Shown here piece by piece: positions 20,882 to 33,585 of a stretch of DNA of 39,007 nucleotides. The position numbers were made by a program, and so were the translations under genes. The DNA comes from Basidiobolus ranarum (Eukaryota). Below the pieces are notes generated by a model. The model made no database searches. It had not been told where the DNA came from and was given only the letters and a program-made list of their open reading frames with translations. Positions within the stretch are counted from its first letter, which is position 1. Each line of letters starts with the position of its first letter. The stretch lies in the NCBI GenBank assembly GCA_040143965.1, contig JASJQH010006920.1:1-39007 (forward strand), written 5' to 3'.

Positions 20882-23800
20882 CTATGCTTGAGAAATTTCA
20901 CTTGAACATGGTGTTTCCACTCGACAGTCAAGATTTCTCGGAATGGTTATCCCATTTGTAGACGTTTCCAAACGATGTACCATACTGGTTTTTTCATTGA
21001 GACGACAGCATATCGAAAGTAATCTTTCAAGGACTCCGGGTGCACTCACAAGTCTACCCTCATTAATTAAAAGTTGAAGATCTTCAAGGTGAAGTGCAAT
21101 GAAATTACTGAAGTTGGAAAGCTCCTTGTCAATATCCACAAGATAGGGAATCTGAGGAGGTAGAAAGAATGACTCGGAACTTTGGTACGGAGGTAAAATT
21201 CTAGAGGGTGAAGTAATTGCTATTGGCTTCAACTTTGATTTGCAAGAGTTAGTCTACTTCAAACAAACAGTTAAATATCTTGAACTTACTGAAACGTAGT
21301 CAATGAACTCCATAAGACTAGTGGCGTTTTGCTAAGGGCACAGGTTATTGAGTATTACGTGCAATTAGGTAATAATATCAAGTGTACTATACCCGAATAA
21401 ATTCATTCATATGAATCATGTATGGCTCTTTCGAACCAAAATCAGCTAAATTGGCGAGGCATTGCAACGATTTAGCCAGTAGAGTCAATGTTCTTCTGGT
21501 TTTTGCGTCAGGGTGTTCTACATCCATACAATATAAGATAAACGCACATATAACATGTGTGAAATCTGGAGTTACTTGCCTTTTACCAGGTTAAATAATT
21601 TGGGCGATAACACCGCTGGGCAAAATAGACGTAAAAAGAGAAAGCCGCTATGATACCGTTAGTTTCTTGAGAATATAGATGGAGACAAGATTAAAGGATT
21701 GGTACCTGACACAAGTATAGCGGACCAAAGACTTGTCGAGTTCACTTGCAAATTTGTCGGTGATAATCGTTCTTAAATTCGAGAAGAAAACTCGAAGTTC
21801 GCTGGAATTTCGTTAGAAGTATGATAAAAATAGAGACTGTCCAGTTTAACTGTACTAACCAAGGGCATTTAGCTCTAGACTTTTCTATCGCTTGCCATAG
21901 CATCTTCGTGTAAGTAAGAAGAATTCTCCACTGACTGCGAATATCCTGACCTTTCTCAAGTTTCATCATATCAACCTATAGACATGGTAGGTACAGAAAG
22001 GTTATTACAATGATCAGTCATGATGTCTTCATAAACCACTCCTTCACCTCACAAACGATTTTGTTCTCGCAGATGGAACGAACAATATTTCCAATCGCTT
22101 CATCTACATACTGAAGACCAATCATCTTCATGTAGCTATCGATGGCTTTGGTGAGAATTGAGTTACCACGGAAAAGAATGTTCGAGTCATCTAGGAATGG
22201 GAATGGGAATGGTATGAGCTGGTGATACTGTTTGTGTTAAACGAAAAGAATCAAGACCTGTGGAATTAACCTCATGGTAAGCTAGATATGTCAACCACTC
22301 GATGGCGTAATTGCGACCTTCATATATTCGCATCATATTCTCAGAAAACCACTCTAAATTCTTGGAGATGCCAACAAGATCGAAAACAACTTTTGACTCT
22401 ACATCGAGTATCATCTGTATAAATGAAGAGCTTAGTAATAGGTAGATTGGCAGCATCATGGTTTTGAAATTAGCTACCTCAACGAGCTCTTCATAGTTTG
22501 CCGAAGGAAGTACCACCACTTCATCATATCGAAGCCTCAAGCGTAAATCACCAACATGTTCAGGAGGATGATGGGAAACTTTGGACTCGTGCATGATGGG
22601 ATACCATCCTTCGTAGTACTCTCCCCGCCTAATGGTGCCAAGGGGGATGGTGATTTTACCTAAACGAAGAATTACATTGAGAAACTAGATCACATGTAGA
22701 AACAACATCGGAGCTTTACCCATATATGCATCCTTGTGTAACTTGTTATGATTCATAAGGGTAACATCGACTCCACGGTTCAACACAGGTATATCACTAG
22801 TTACAGGTTGGTAAATAGACATGCGTACTCTCTTCAATGTTCATATATGTACCTGAAGTAAAAATCCTCTCGCCAATAGGGTGCATTGGTGCGGTTTTTG
22901 ACACTTGTTTTGGCACGTCGCTCTCCGTCCATCTCGACAATACAGTATGGATCACATTGGCCGATGTTTCTGGCATCAACAACACGAAGCCAAAATGTTC
23001 TATCTAAACGATAGCAAAAATGAGAGTCATCCGAAATTCCAAGAACCTCGGGCTGTGCAAATGTCTTCAAGATCGCCACCCATTCATTGCGCTCGTTGAG
23101 GTTTTCTGCCATGAAAAAATATACTCGGTGCTTCGTCCGAAGATAGAAACAGTTTTTTTTCTTCAGGGCAGACTCGTCGATCATTTGAATGTGATTTCTG
23201 TAAATATCTCGAAGCTTGATGTTTTCGATAACCGTCTTATCCTATTGTTACATACCATTAGTGTGCCACGCATATGGAATGGATACTTCAATAGCACATA
23301 CCTGTTCGTTGAATTGATACAAAATCCCATTGGATCTGACAATAAGAACAATCTTACGCCAGCTAGAGGGTAAGGACAACGGGTCCTTTCCTATAGACGA
23401 TGACTTCCAGTTCTTGAGCTCTATGTGGTTTTAGAAAAAGGGTTAACCATGGGCAATCCGTACAACAAACAATGGAATAGTATGCATGCCACGAGTCATA
23501 AGACTTCCGGATTTGACTGCCTCAGAGCCCATCTAATACAAATGGTGAATACTAAGTACCGAGAACCACTATAAGGGAATTATCTGCATGCACTCATACC
23601 TCCGATCCATTCTTCTGAGAGTTTGAAGAACCAAATGAAGTGGATCTATAAAGACTTGGGCGTCTCAGTGGCATAGACTGTCGAACATTAATGATAGGCT
23701 ACGGATACAAGGAAGGACGGATAAATTCTTACCATGCCAGAATCGGAACTTGAATCTCTAATGATTGAATCGGTTTTCTGTTGCATCCGCAGTGCATAGA

Positions 23801-25532
23801 TCCACTCCATCATATCTGCCTCTGTCTCCGCTTGGAAATAATTTGTTCTATAATAGCAAATAGGTAGATTAGTAAATTGGGGAGTCGCCTCGAAAATCAT
23901 TTCAACGCCACTACTCACAAAACAGGGGGAGTGCTTATTTCAAAAACAAATGATCTCCCTTCACACTCCGACTCTCTAATCGAAGATGAGCGTAGATCAA
24001 TGATCAATGGATATTCCTATACAGTAGATCATCAGGGAATATGCCATCATACCCTCATATATCTACTCAAACATACCTCGGAAGCTTGGATGAAAAGTCC
24101 CTCAGGTAACTGAATATGATAATAGTACCTAACCCATCCACCAGGGCAGTTAGGCTTTCTCTGTAGTAAGTATCCAGATTTCTTTTGAAATCCCAGCAGA
24201 TCCAAGTCTAGTGATGACTCTGATGTTTGAGATATAGACAGGCGCTCCTCTGATTCAACCATCCCAAGGGAATGGCGAAATCTCAACAATTCAGCCTATG
24301 CGATTTTTCTACTTAAGTTCACCATCCCAAAGAGTAAATGAAGCTACAAAAGACGCTACCTCAATAAAATCCGGGATATTCTTTGCATCGAGCTTCAGGC
24401 TTTTCAAATCCATGATGCACGAGTTCTATTGACTAAAGTTAACTCAGTCCAAAACAGAAAACCATTTTATATCTCCCTACCTCTTCGATACACTCTAGAG
24501 CACTTTTGACAAGAGGAACCGAAGTCTCGATGTTTGTTTGGGTCTTGGTTGCCCATGCAGATAAGCCCAAAAGTAGGCTACTTATCTAGAATTTAATATT
24601 AGTATATGATAACGTGAAGCCCATTGGCAATATATCACACCTACCTTTTCCATGACGAAAGTCTCCCGAATAGCTGGGATTTCATTAAGCACGGTGGCAT
24701 AATGAACTGACGAATAACAGAGCTTCTCTTTTGCCAAGTATAATGCTTTGGCAGTCTTCGAATAGAACATGTGTCAATATATTGAAAATCAAGTGATAAT
24801 GTCGAGAAATATTTACTGACTTCATCTCTTCGAAGACATTTCGAACTTGGTGTACTGGAATACTCGTTGAGTGAAGCTTCGTATTCCTCTGAGGCATTGA
24901 ATAGTCCATTTTTGGCATCCTACACACAATAAAAGCTTTAGTTACAAAAGTTACTCTTACGGCTGAAGGTATTTAAATGGGTTCATACGGCCAGCATGGT
25001 TTTCAGAGAGTTTTGAAACTTTTGGAGTGGTTCTATGCAATGTTCGCATTAGTGTTGTTCAACGTGGTGAAAATTCACCTTTCACTCTCAAGCGTTACCT
25101 ATAACTTCTGCTTCCATAGTGGTTATGAATTTCTCATCCATTAATACAAAAGAATTATTCAACTTGGAGATTGTTTCAACTAAGAATTTTTAGTAAGGTT
25201 ACTATTTTCGAAATAGCACATACAAGCCACGTACCAAAATCCACTGTTGTATTCGAAGGTATTTTAGCAGCCTCGACCATAAGCTCACTTGTAGAAGTAC
25301 TGAAAGCTACCAAATGAATAAACGAAGAGGGAGATTAGGATAACAATATGAGGCGGAAAATATTTTTATTCTTTATACCATCTATGACGCTAACGAAATC
25401 TCTAGCTTTTTCGACCCAAGAAGATATTATGGTATCGAATCCTTGAATGAATAGATGAGCTTCCTCAAGATGAGCACGATAATGGGGCGGGTCTTGAAAG
25501 GCATCTTTCAAATTAAGAGGACTCGGTATCAT
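20882..25532 (-). CDS. Ras GTPase-activating protein with BAR-PH-PH-C2-RasGAP architecture, many exons
   Basis: N-terminal DAFQDPPHYRAHLEE...(BAR-like), PH1 KKSGYLLQR...WVRYY...YFQAETEADMMEWIYAL, PH2 ...RVYFFMAENLNERNEWVAIL, C2 LRVVDARNIGQCDPYC...PYWREDF. RasGAP motifs: LFRGNSILTKAIDSYM (arginine finger), FLFLRLFCPAVLSPKLF, RTLTLLAKSLQCLAN and KEPYMIHMNEFI. Confidence 0.88.
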
Positions 25533-27446
25533 GAGTTGGCTACAGTGTGAATGACTCAAGGACAGAGATATGTGACTGATAACTATTGAATGAACAAGTA
25601 AAACTAAGTAAATGCCAATTCCAGGTTTTAAGCTCGTAACTATCCAGCAATTTATTAGTTCCTACCACGAGAATCATCCAATTAAAAGCAGAATGGGACT
25701 GAGGTTCTGCTCAGGCCTCCTAATTTAATCAACCCTCCGCAAACGTGTTGGTTACTTCATATCTGTTATTGATTTGTATTCTAGTAATAAATAAATAGTT
25801 ACGATTTGTATTTTAGTAATTTACAGGCGAAAGGAAATATACGATGCTTTGATTTTCACGGATGAACTGTGATGGTGGGGATTACTCATTTTCTACATTA
25901 GGCATTTGGATTCATTGTTGGGATTGCTCCGTGTTTCAATTGCCAAATTTGAATGGACTGAAGAAAGGTGAGCAAGTGAGAGTAGCTTGCCAACCTACCA
26001 CGCCTCTTGAACAACCCCATGTAGTTGAACAGTTGTGGATAGACAAGGGTTAGGATCATTTTTGAAGGCGCCTCACTCTCTACGTCTACGCGATCAGCTT
26101 AAAGAGCAGTTATCAGTCCAGGCCCCGCTCTGGAACATCCATGGATAATAGATGCATTCCGATTTAGGAAACTACTTCAGGGTCAGCCAGTTTCTTGACT
26201 GTACCACTCCTCCTTTGATTCAGCATTCCTATAACTAGCTAGCCCAATATCCAAGGAAAATGAGGTAAAATTGAATAAGAGTCAGCAGTTGTATTCGCTA
26301 TGTGTTGAACCTTCCAATTAGCCATGTTTAACGCCTCTTCGACATCCCCTACTCAGCTGCTTTCTCCAAAGCCTTCGATCATCGACAGCTGATGCCGTAA
26401 CCCTTGTTTCAGCAGTAAGAAACTCAGTACATGGCAACTTCCGCACCTATATAGCACAGCTTGTGCTTCACTCTCGCTTTGGTAACAATATCCTTTCGTC
26501 CCTTTTTAACTCAGTAACATTTTCGATGCTAACCTGTATGGTAAAGTTATACCGATCAATACGGTGGTCCAGATGTTTAGATAATCAACGTGGTGTCATA
26601 GGGTAAAGAGCAATGTCTAAATATTGATTTTAGTGCTTGCATACATCAAAACCTGAAATTCATAAGAGTAGCGGCTTATGGAACCGGAACCGAAGCCGAA
26701 ACATACTTCATATTCCGGCTTTTGAGGATGCAGGAAAGGCTTGGCGAATTCGATTAATCGCACAATTTTTCACTTCCATATCACTTGAAGAAAATGATCG
26801 ACCGCTTGTAATTTGCAACAATGCAGCGGTAATTGGCTGCTTACTTTGATTGGTTGACTGATAGTTCATAAAACTGAACATATGCTTCCCCACAAGTCAA
26901 TTAAGTCAATTTAGGCAAACTTAAGTATATTCTAGTTAGCCAAACCCTAACCCAAACCCAATTCTTGTGAAAGCATTCAATCACATAATCTACTTAAAAT
27001 CATTTTAATAAACGAATTAACAGATCTCATATTACTCTGTGCAGCTCCTTACTCTTTTTCTCTACTTGCCTTTTCTCTTCTTCAAACCTTCAGTACTAAA
27101 TTTGTTGCCCAGTGCTAACAACTTTACTGACGCTTCTACTTCCAACTTGAATAGCAACTTCCAATGTTTGATCCTGGTTAATTTTCTTCCGCTATAATCC
27201 TTAAATCCTATTGTCAATTTTGAAGCCTCATTATACCATAATTCTTGAAGAGTACATTTCAAGTTCAATCAACGTCTCTGTATTACATAAAGAGTAAGTA
27301 AATTGGCTTTATTTTATGACTAAGGAAGAATGGCAGGTTTACTAAACTGACTTATCAATTAAGTAACCTCACAACTCTAGTCCTGTGTTTTTTTCTTCAA
27401 GAAAGCCGCACCCCAAACTACTTACTAAAAATACAACAAACTTAAC

Positions 27447-28168
27447 ATGGCAAGAATCACTGGTACGAACTTTGCCCATCCTCGTCTTATCAATCCCCCT
27501 ACTTTAGTAGAGTACAAAAACCTTCGGTTTGTTATTGCTGATGCTCCTTCAGACAACAATCTTCCATTGTATATGAAGGTATTTTAGTTTCTTTCTATCT
27601 TTTCCGCCCAATCTTTATTGAGCCTATCAACCTAGGAATTCGAAAAACATCATGTGAGTGATGTAGTACGGGTATGTGAGCCAACATATTCCAAGGAACT
27701 TCTTGCCAAAAAGAACATTACTGTTTACGTATGTACCGTTGTCTATTGATTAACATGGTTTAGTGTAACTTGTTTCTTAACAATTAATGATATCAAATAT
27801 TTAGGATTGGAGCTTCCCAGATGGTGATGCACCTCCCCTTTCCATCGTCAATAACTGGATGGAGTTAGTTAAAAAACGGTTTAGTAATGATGATGAATCT
27901 AATAATCATTCGATAGCAATCCATTGTGTTGCTGGACTTGGAAGGTTTGTTAGATCAAATTACAGCTTTCTACGACTCTCATTCATTTTTATTTACTGAT
28001 AGAGCACCGGTTCTTGTGGCGATTGCATTAATCGAGTATGGTATGGCACCGTTGGATAGTATATCATTTGTACGTGAGAGACGTCGGGGAGCCATTAATA
28101 ACAAACAACTTCGCTATCTTGAGACATACAAACGTCGCACCAAGAGCGACAAGTGCATCATTAGTTAA
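27447..28168 (+). CDS. PTP4A1: PRL/PTP4A-type prenylated protein tyrosine phosphatase, 4 exons
   Basis: [45 protein letters not shown]-loop [29 protein letters not shown], a polybasic stretch and the CAAX box CIIS*. The symbol denotes the family only. Confidence 0.95.
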
Positions 28169-28676
28169 ATATTGAACCATACAATACGTTGGCATCTTTA
28201 GTTCAATTTTTAGACGCAGCTTGAATTTTCTTTTTATCTTCTTTTCATTCAGTAAATGCTACTTTTTAATATCTCCAATTATTATTCATTCAGAAAGGAT
28301 ATTTCAACCACAAGAATGTCGATCTTCCCCGATCTCTGAATTTCCCCCTCCCGCAAAAATCCACATCTTATCATGACATAAATTACATTGCATATTCATG
28401 TGTTGGGTTATATACGTTTCACAGGCTGCAGCAATGGAGATCCATTGTTGCTAAAGTGTGATAGTCGCCAAAGCACTATTGCTTGGGCTGTCCTATTAAA
28501 TCATACGAGAGTAGACATTATGACATCATCTCATGTTAAACACGTTTCAATTAGGTTGTTTAGTCCGTACATGATTGTTTGTCGATAAATTGAATATCGA
28601 ATAGATTTCCCATCACCTACATCTTCACCCCTTCTATACTGTACACTCATATTTACTCAGAGAGACTGCACGTAGA

Positions 28677-30067
28677 ATGAGTCAAAAAGGACAACATATA
28701 CGTATCAACATTCCTTTATCAGAGTATTCTAGACCTTTGAAGAGACCCACGAAACGTGTAGTCTTAGTACTTATCCTATCGACACTTTTACTTTTTACCA
28801 TTATAATTCACGTATTTTTATCCAACGAAAAAACCAACCCTACTTCTTATCAAAAAAACCTCGCTAACGGTTTGGAATCCACAAGAGATACCTATAAACT
28901 TAATAAACTCGAAGAAATCGTTATAGTGGCCGGACACGCTATTTATAAAGGAAACGAAGAAGAAAACCAACTTCACTTGGAGGATAATTGGGTCTTGGAA
29001 GAGTTTCAAAAAAATGGTCAGATCGAGGTGTTTTTGAAACATATAGAAGCAGGTGTATCCCTCGCCAAAGATAGACCAAACTCTTTATTGGTCTTTAGTG
29101 GGTAAGTAAAATCACTTAAACACTTAGTTGAAGTTTCGATAGAGGACAAATTCAAATATCCTATCACTCCATTGGAGTTGTTACTTTGAATATTGATTTT
29201 CTACAAGTACAGCATTCCTTCCTTATTAATTTTTATTCCTTCTTTTCGCTAGTGGGCAGACCAGAGATAAAGCAGGGGCCAGAAGCGAAGCTCAAAGTTA
29301 CTGGGTAAATATTTATATATGTTCTTTTAATAAAGGAACCTTAAACGCGCATCCTATGTTCATACTGCTAAAAAAGCGTTCTATATGTCTAGGTATTGGC
29401 AGAAAAGATGGGATTGTTGGATACATCAGAAATCCTTCATCGAGCTGTCACCGAGGAGCATGCTAGAGACTCATATGAAAATATATTATTTAGTTTATGT
29501 CGGTTTCATGAAGTCACCGGAAGTTACCCCAAGAATATCACGATCATTGGTTTCGAATTTAAAAGAGTCAGATTTACAGAAATTCATAGAAAAGCATTGG
29601 GAATACCGAATGAAAGGTAGGAAGATGAATTCTTCATGGTGTGTTTGGAGTTTGTTCTAATTAACCTCGGATGGCCCTCTTAGATTTCACTATATTGGAA
29701 TAGATGGTAGCTTGATGAATCTTCCTACTGTTGGCGAGGTAAATAAGTCACTGTCGATGTTCCATTTCCTATCCAATAACGTTACTAATGGAGTCATTCA
29801 GAGTCTAAATTCATTAGAACCTTTCAAAAAGGATCTCTACGGATGTCATGGTTCATTATTAGAGAAGAAGGTGTCCAGGAATCCATTCAGACAAAGGTGA
29901 GAATGTCCAGGCTAACAATAATCAACCATCTTCTGTTATTCACCCACATCTTTAGCCATGGCTATTCCTCTAGCTGTCCAGAGATGTCGCTACTGATGAA
30001 CTACTGCCCAGATGAACGCACACAAATCTTCCCTGGAATCCAGGATTTACCATGGAACCAGAATTAG
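28677..30067 (+). CDS. DUF218-like (YOR238W-like) Rossmann-fold protein with N-terminal membrane anchor, multi-exon
   Basis: TM VVLVLILSTLLLFTIIIHVFL, IVIVAGHAIY, LLVFSG|GQTR...SEAQSYW, EEHARDSYENILFSLCRF, ITIIGFEFKRVRF, KKVSRNPF and a terminal LPW. Confidence 0.85.
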
Positions 30068-30216
30068 TTTTAAACGTGTACAACCAGCTAAGCTAACCTC
30101 GTTCATCCTAAATTAGGCCCACCCTGCCTGATTAAAAATTACCTTCTCAGAGATGGTTCCGATTCTCAGAATGACTTTTCAATGTGATTGTAGATATATG
30201 TTATTGATTACTAAGT

Positions 30217-30276
30217 AAGTATAATAATAAATCAAGAGACATTTCAAAGTATAATAATAAATCAAGAGACATTTCA
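30217..30276. repeat. Perfect 30-bp tandem duplication (aagtataataataaatcaagagacatttca x2)
   Basis: Identical units at 30217-30246 and 30247-30276, each with AATAAA, lying between convergent genes. Confidence 0.95.
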
Positions 30277-30496
30277 TTGAAGGATTTATTACAAGTAAAG
30301 ACACCAGTTATGGAACATAACGTTGGTCAGGTGAGCAAATGATCATGCTGAGGTTGAGGTAAACATTAATCTATAGAAAAGGAATTCACAGTAAAGATAA
30401 TCAAAATTAAGTCCAAGCTTCGGTCAAGTTGATTATACTACATATATATACTGCGGAGATATGGGGGATAAGTGATGTACGATGGTTGTCGAGTGT

Positions 30497-32368
30497 TCAT
30501 TTTAATCCTGAGAGGATTTCCTTCCATGAGTTTAGTTTCGCTCTTTCGGCTTTAATCGTTTGTTCTGCCAATCCTCCCAAATATTCATAGAAGTCCGAGG
30601 CTCTGGTCTTATCGTTCACTCCTAGCTCTGTACGTAGCAAGCGATCCACTTTCTGAAATTGCGTCTTCTTGTACGCTTCAAATTGTTTGGCCTTGTAGAG
30701 AATGAGCAGAAGATTAATAGGTCGTCTATTGAATCAAGAAGTTGGATTTACCTCTTCAAAATCATCTATTCCAGCTTGAACTTGATCAGATTTGGTGGTT
30801 CCGGAGGCTTTCAAGACGATCAGTGCTTGTCGTTTCTTTTCCAAAGTTTCCACCGATTTCTCGTACTCCTTCTCAACACTGAGACGATTTTGAAGCAAAG
30901 TCTGATGGAAGAGAGTGATATTAGCGATTAGATCATTGAAGGCAATGCCAAGTGGCTAACTACCTCAATGTATTGGGTTCCTTTGTGATACTGAGTAAAT
31001 AGATAGCTAAGGTGACCTGCTTCGTAGTCATTCTAAATATTCTTTTGGATCAGTCTTTGTATTTAAGATGCAATACTGGAATTGTTGGCTGACCTGAGTT
31101 TGGGTGATTGTTGAACTTATCTCCACGGTTTTAATGAGATCGCAAAGGTATCTAAATTAAAATTAGCCACTAATCCTTGATTGATGTTACGATTAGCTTA
31201 CCGCGAAAGGAGAACGTCTTTTTCCTTCTCTGACCAGTTCGAGAGTTGTCGACTGAGTTCGTGTTCTGAATCCACCATTACTAAATATTAAGAAAATTGA
31301 GAAAAGGAATTCTCGTAAATATCATATGAACCTCTTTCTAGGCTATACCTTTCCTCGCCGATTGCATCTTGTTTACTACCTTATTACAAGGAACTATAGC
31401 TTTCTCAAAGCTAACTAAACTCTCATACGCCGCATCTAAAGGATCTGGTTCACCGTGAAGAGCTTTTGCCTTATAACGGGTGGTTTTAAGAGTACCCGTT
31501 TTGATTCTTGGTGTATACTAAATTGAAAAGACAAGCAAATTACTACCGAATACATATATACGACTTTCACCAAAGAAATCATACTAACCGCAAAATTACT
31601 TTCTACAAAAGATTGTAATTCATCATCTCTTCGGAGTATAGGATGTGCAGATAAACGGGATAAATAAAGTTGAAAGCCATTTTTTATCAATGCTACCGCC
31701 AATTCTTCACTAGCAAACTCCGTTTCTTTTACTGGAAGTAATGGAACTATACACTCTGGATATGCGTTAATCAGGTATTTGTGGAGTTTTTCAAATTCGG
31801 AGTAGCTTCTCTCTACATTGCTGAACTTGGAATTAACATAATTGGGAATATTGGTCTTTTAAAGAAGAAAAAGTATGAGTTTTTTGAACACCCAAGTGAT
31901 AAAGTGTATGTAAAAATCTATAGTTATATGACTGACCTTAACGTCAAACCGGAGTTTGTACTCTTTTTTCACATGCTCTAAAGATATTAAATGAAAGCTC
32001 AGGAAATGTCCAGATACTTTTGGATAAAAGATTTTGACCTCTTCATTAGAGCTGTTTATATCATCTGGAGTATAATCTAGAAACGTATCCTTTGTGGCAG
32101 GAGTAGCTGGGGTAACTAGCTCTGAAAGTTTAGACTTCGTGGAAGCTGAGGGAGAAGGAGCGGGAGTGGGGTAAGCATCTGGAGAAGAATGAAGATGTCC
32201 AGAAGATAAAAAATTAGGTAGCAAATAAGAGTAATCTCCCGACGTCTGATGTTTCGAACTTTTTGAGTCTCCAGTAGGCGCCTTTAGTTCGATGATCCGG
32301 GTAAGATTACCGTCATTCGAAGCACAAAGTGAGCTAGAGACAAAAGGAGAATTGGCAACAGGTATCAT
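30497..32368 (-). CDS. VPS17: Retromer PX-BAR sorting nexin, Vps17-like, multi-exon
   Basis: S/P/T-rich N-terminus, PX LRFDVK|TNIPNY...VERSYSEFEKLHKYL...PECIVPLLP...HPILRRDDELQSFVESNF, and a helical BAR region ending ERAKLNSWKEILSGLK*. Confidence 0.8.
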
Positions 32369-33314
32369 ACGTTAGAGAATAAACGGAGAAAATATTTCTA
32401 CGATAAAGCTAAGCTAAATAAGAAAGCGTACTATCACGGAAAGAGTAGAAACTTTACCCATTCAACCAACCATTATTCCTTTGAGATTCCTAGCCAAACT
32501 CGATACGGCCATTGGATTCTAGAGTGCAATGGGATTTTTCGATTTCCGAAAATCACGTAGATTGATCACCAATCATATAGTCAAAGAATAGACAGACAGT
32601 CCTTGAGTTTTGAGTGGATAAACTGATTTGTATCAACAACGAACTCGAATCCTTCAAATCCGGTTTAACTGCTCTCGCAAGTTAATCTTGATCGTCGAAA
32701 TTTGTTGGTTTTTGACGATCCAGGGGTGAAATGTTGGGAGTATGCAAAATAAATCATCTCAATCAGGGAAGGAAAATCAATTCTTATGGGATTTTTTTGG
32801 TTTAAAGTTATTTATGGAGAACTTGCTTTTATTCAATACATGTGATACCTGAGTAAATGCATGCATTTACTGTTGTAGTTATAGCTCATATGCATTTTAT
32901 ATAACCTGGATCTGAACAGATTTGAAGCACGATATGAATGCAATCAATGATAAATACAGAGACAGAAGAGATCGCTGACTGGAGTTAATCAAATATCCCG
33001 CGTAACGTTGTTAATTGCACTGAGCTTGAAAAATCTGAAAGTATATCATTGAATTCCATCTGATGGGTGTAGGCATGCATGATCAACTAATCAAGTGTGT
33101 AAACTGCCTATTTCTAGTCTATACTTTTCATTCAGTTGTCACGGAACCAAGTAAACAAAGAAAATGCGAAATCGCTAAGAAAGAAACAACCTGAGAACAC
33201 AGATTCTGAGAAGAATATATATAAATCGAAGAAACTAACAGTGTTTTCTCGATTCTTCCAATTCCTTATTCACATATAATCTTTGTAGTGGTATAGCTTC
33301 CTAAAAATATATAA

Positions 33315-33386
33315 GCCTGCTTAGCGCAGTGGTAGCGCGTCAGTCTCGTAAACTGAAGGTCGCCAGTTCAATCCCGGCAGTAGGCA
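33315..33386 (+). tRNA. tRNA-Thr(CGT)
   Basis: Acceptor GCCTGCT/AGTAGGC, D arm GCGC/GCGC, anticodon arm TCAGT-CT-CGT-AA-ACTGA, T loop TTCAATC with one A-C mismatch in the T stem. 72 nt, no intron. Confidence 0.88.
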
Positions 33387-33585
33387 ATCTTCTTGACAAA
33401 TTCTTTGTTTTGTAGTAGCAACTAATACTACCACAATTAGTTAGGGTCTTTCCTATATATTTAATTTTTGTATTGAACACACAATCAGTGAGTAATGCTT
33501 CCAGTGTACTGGTATCCAAGTTGAGATCTATTAACTAATTCAATCTGCGTACTCTTACCTTGCCAAATAAATGGATTCTTGAATC

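Noticed and set aside
26942-26959. Telomere or interstitial telomeric array
   Set aside because: There is only one exact CCCTAA unit, so it is too short. It is kept only as a possible promoter motif.
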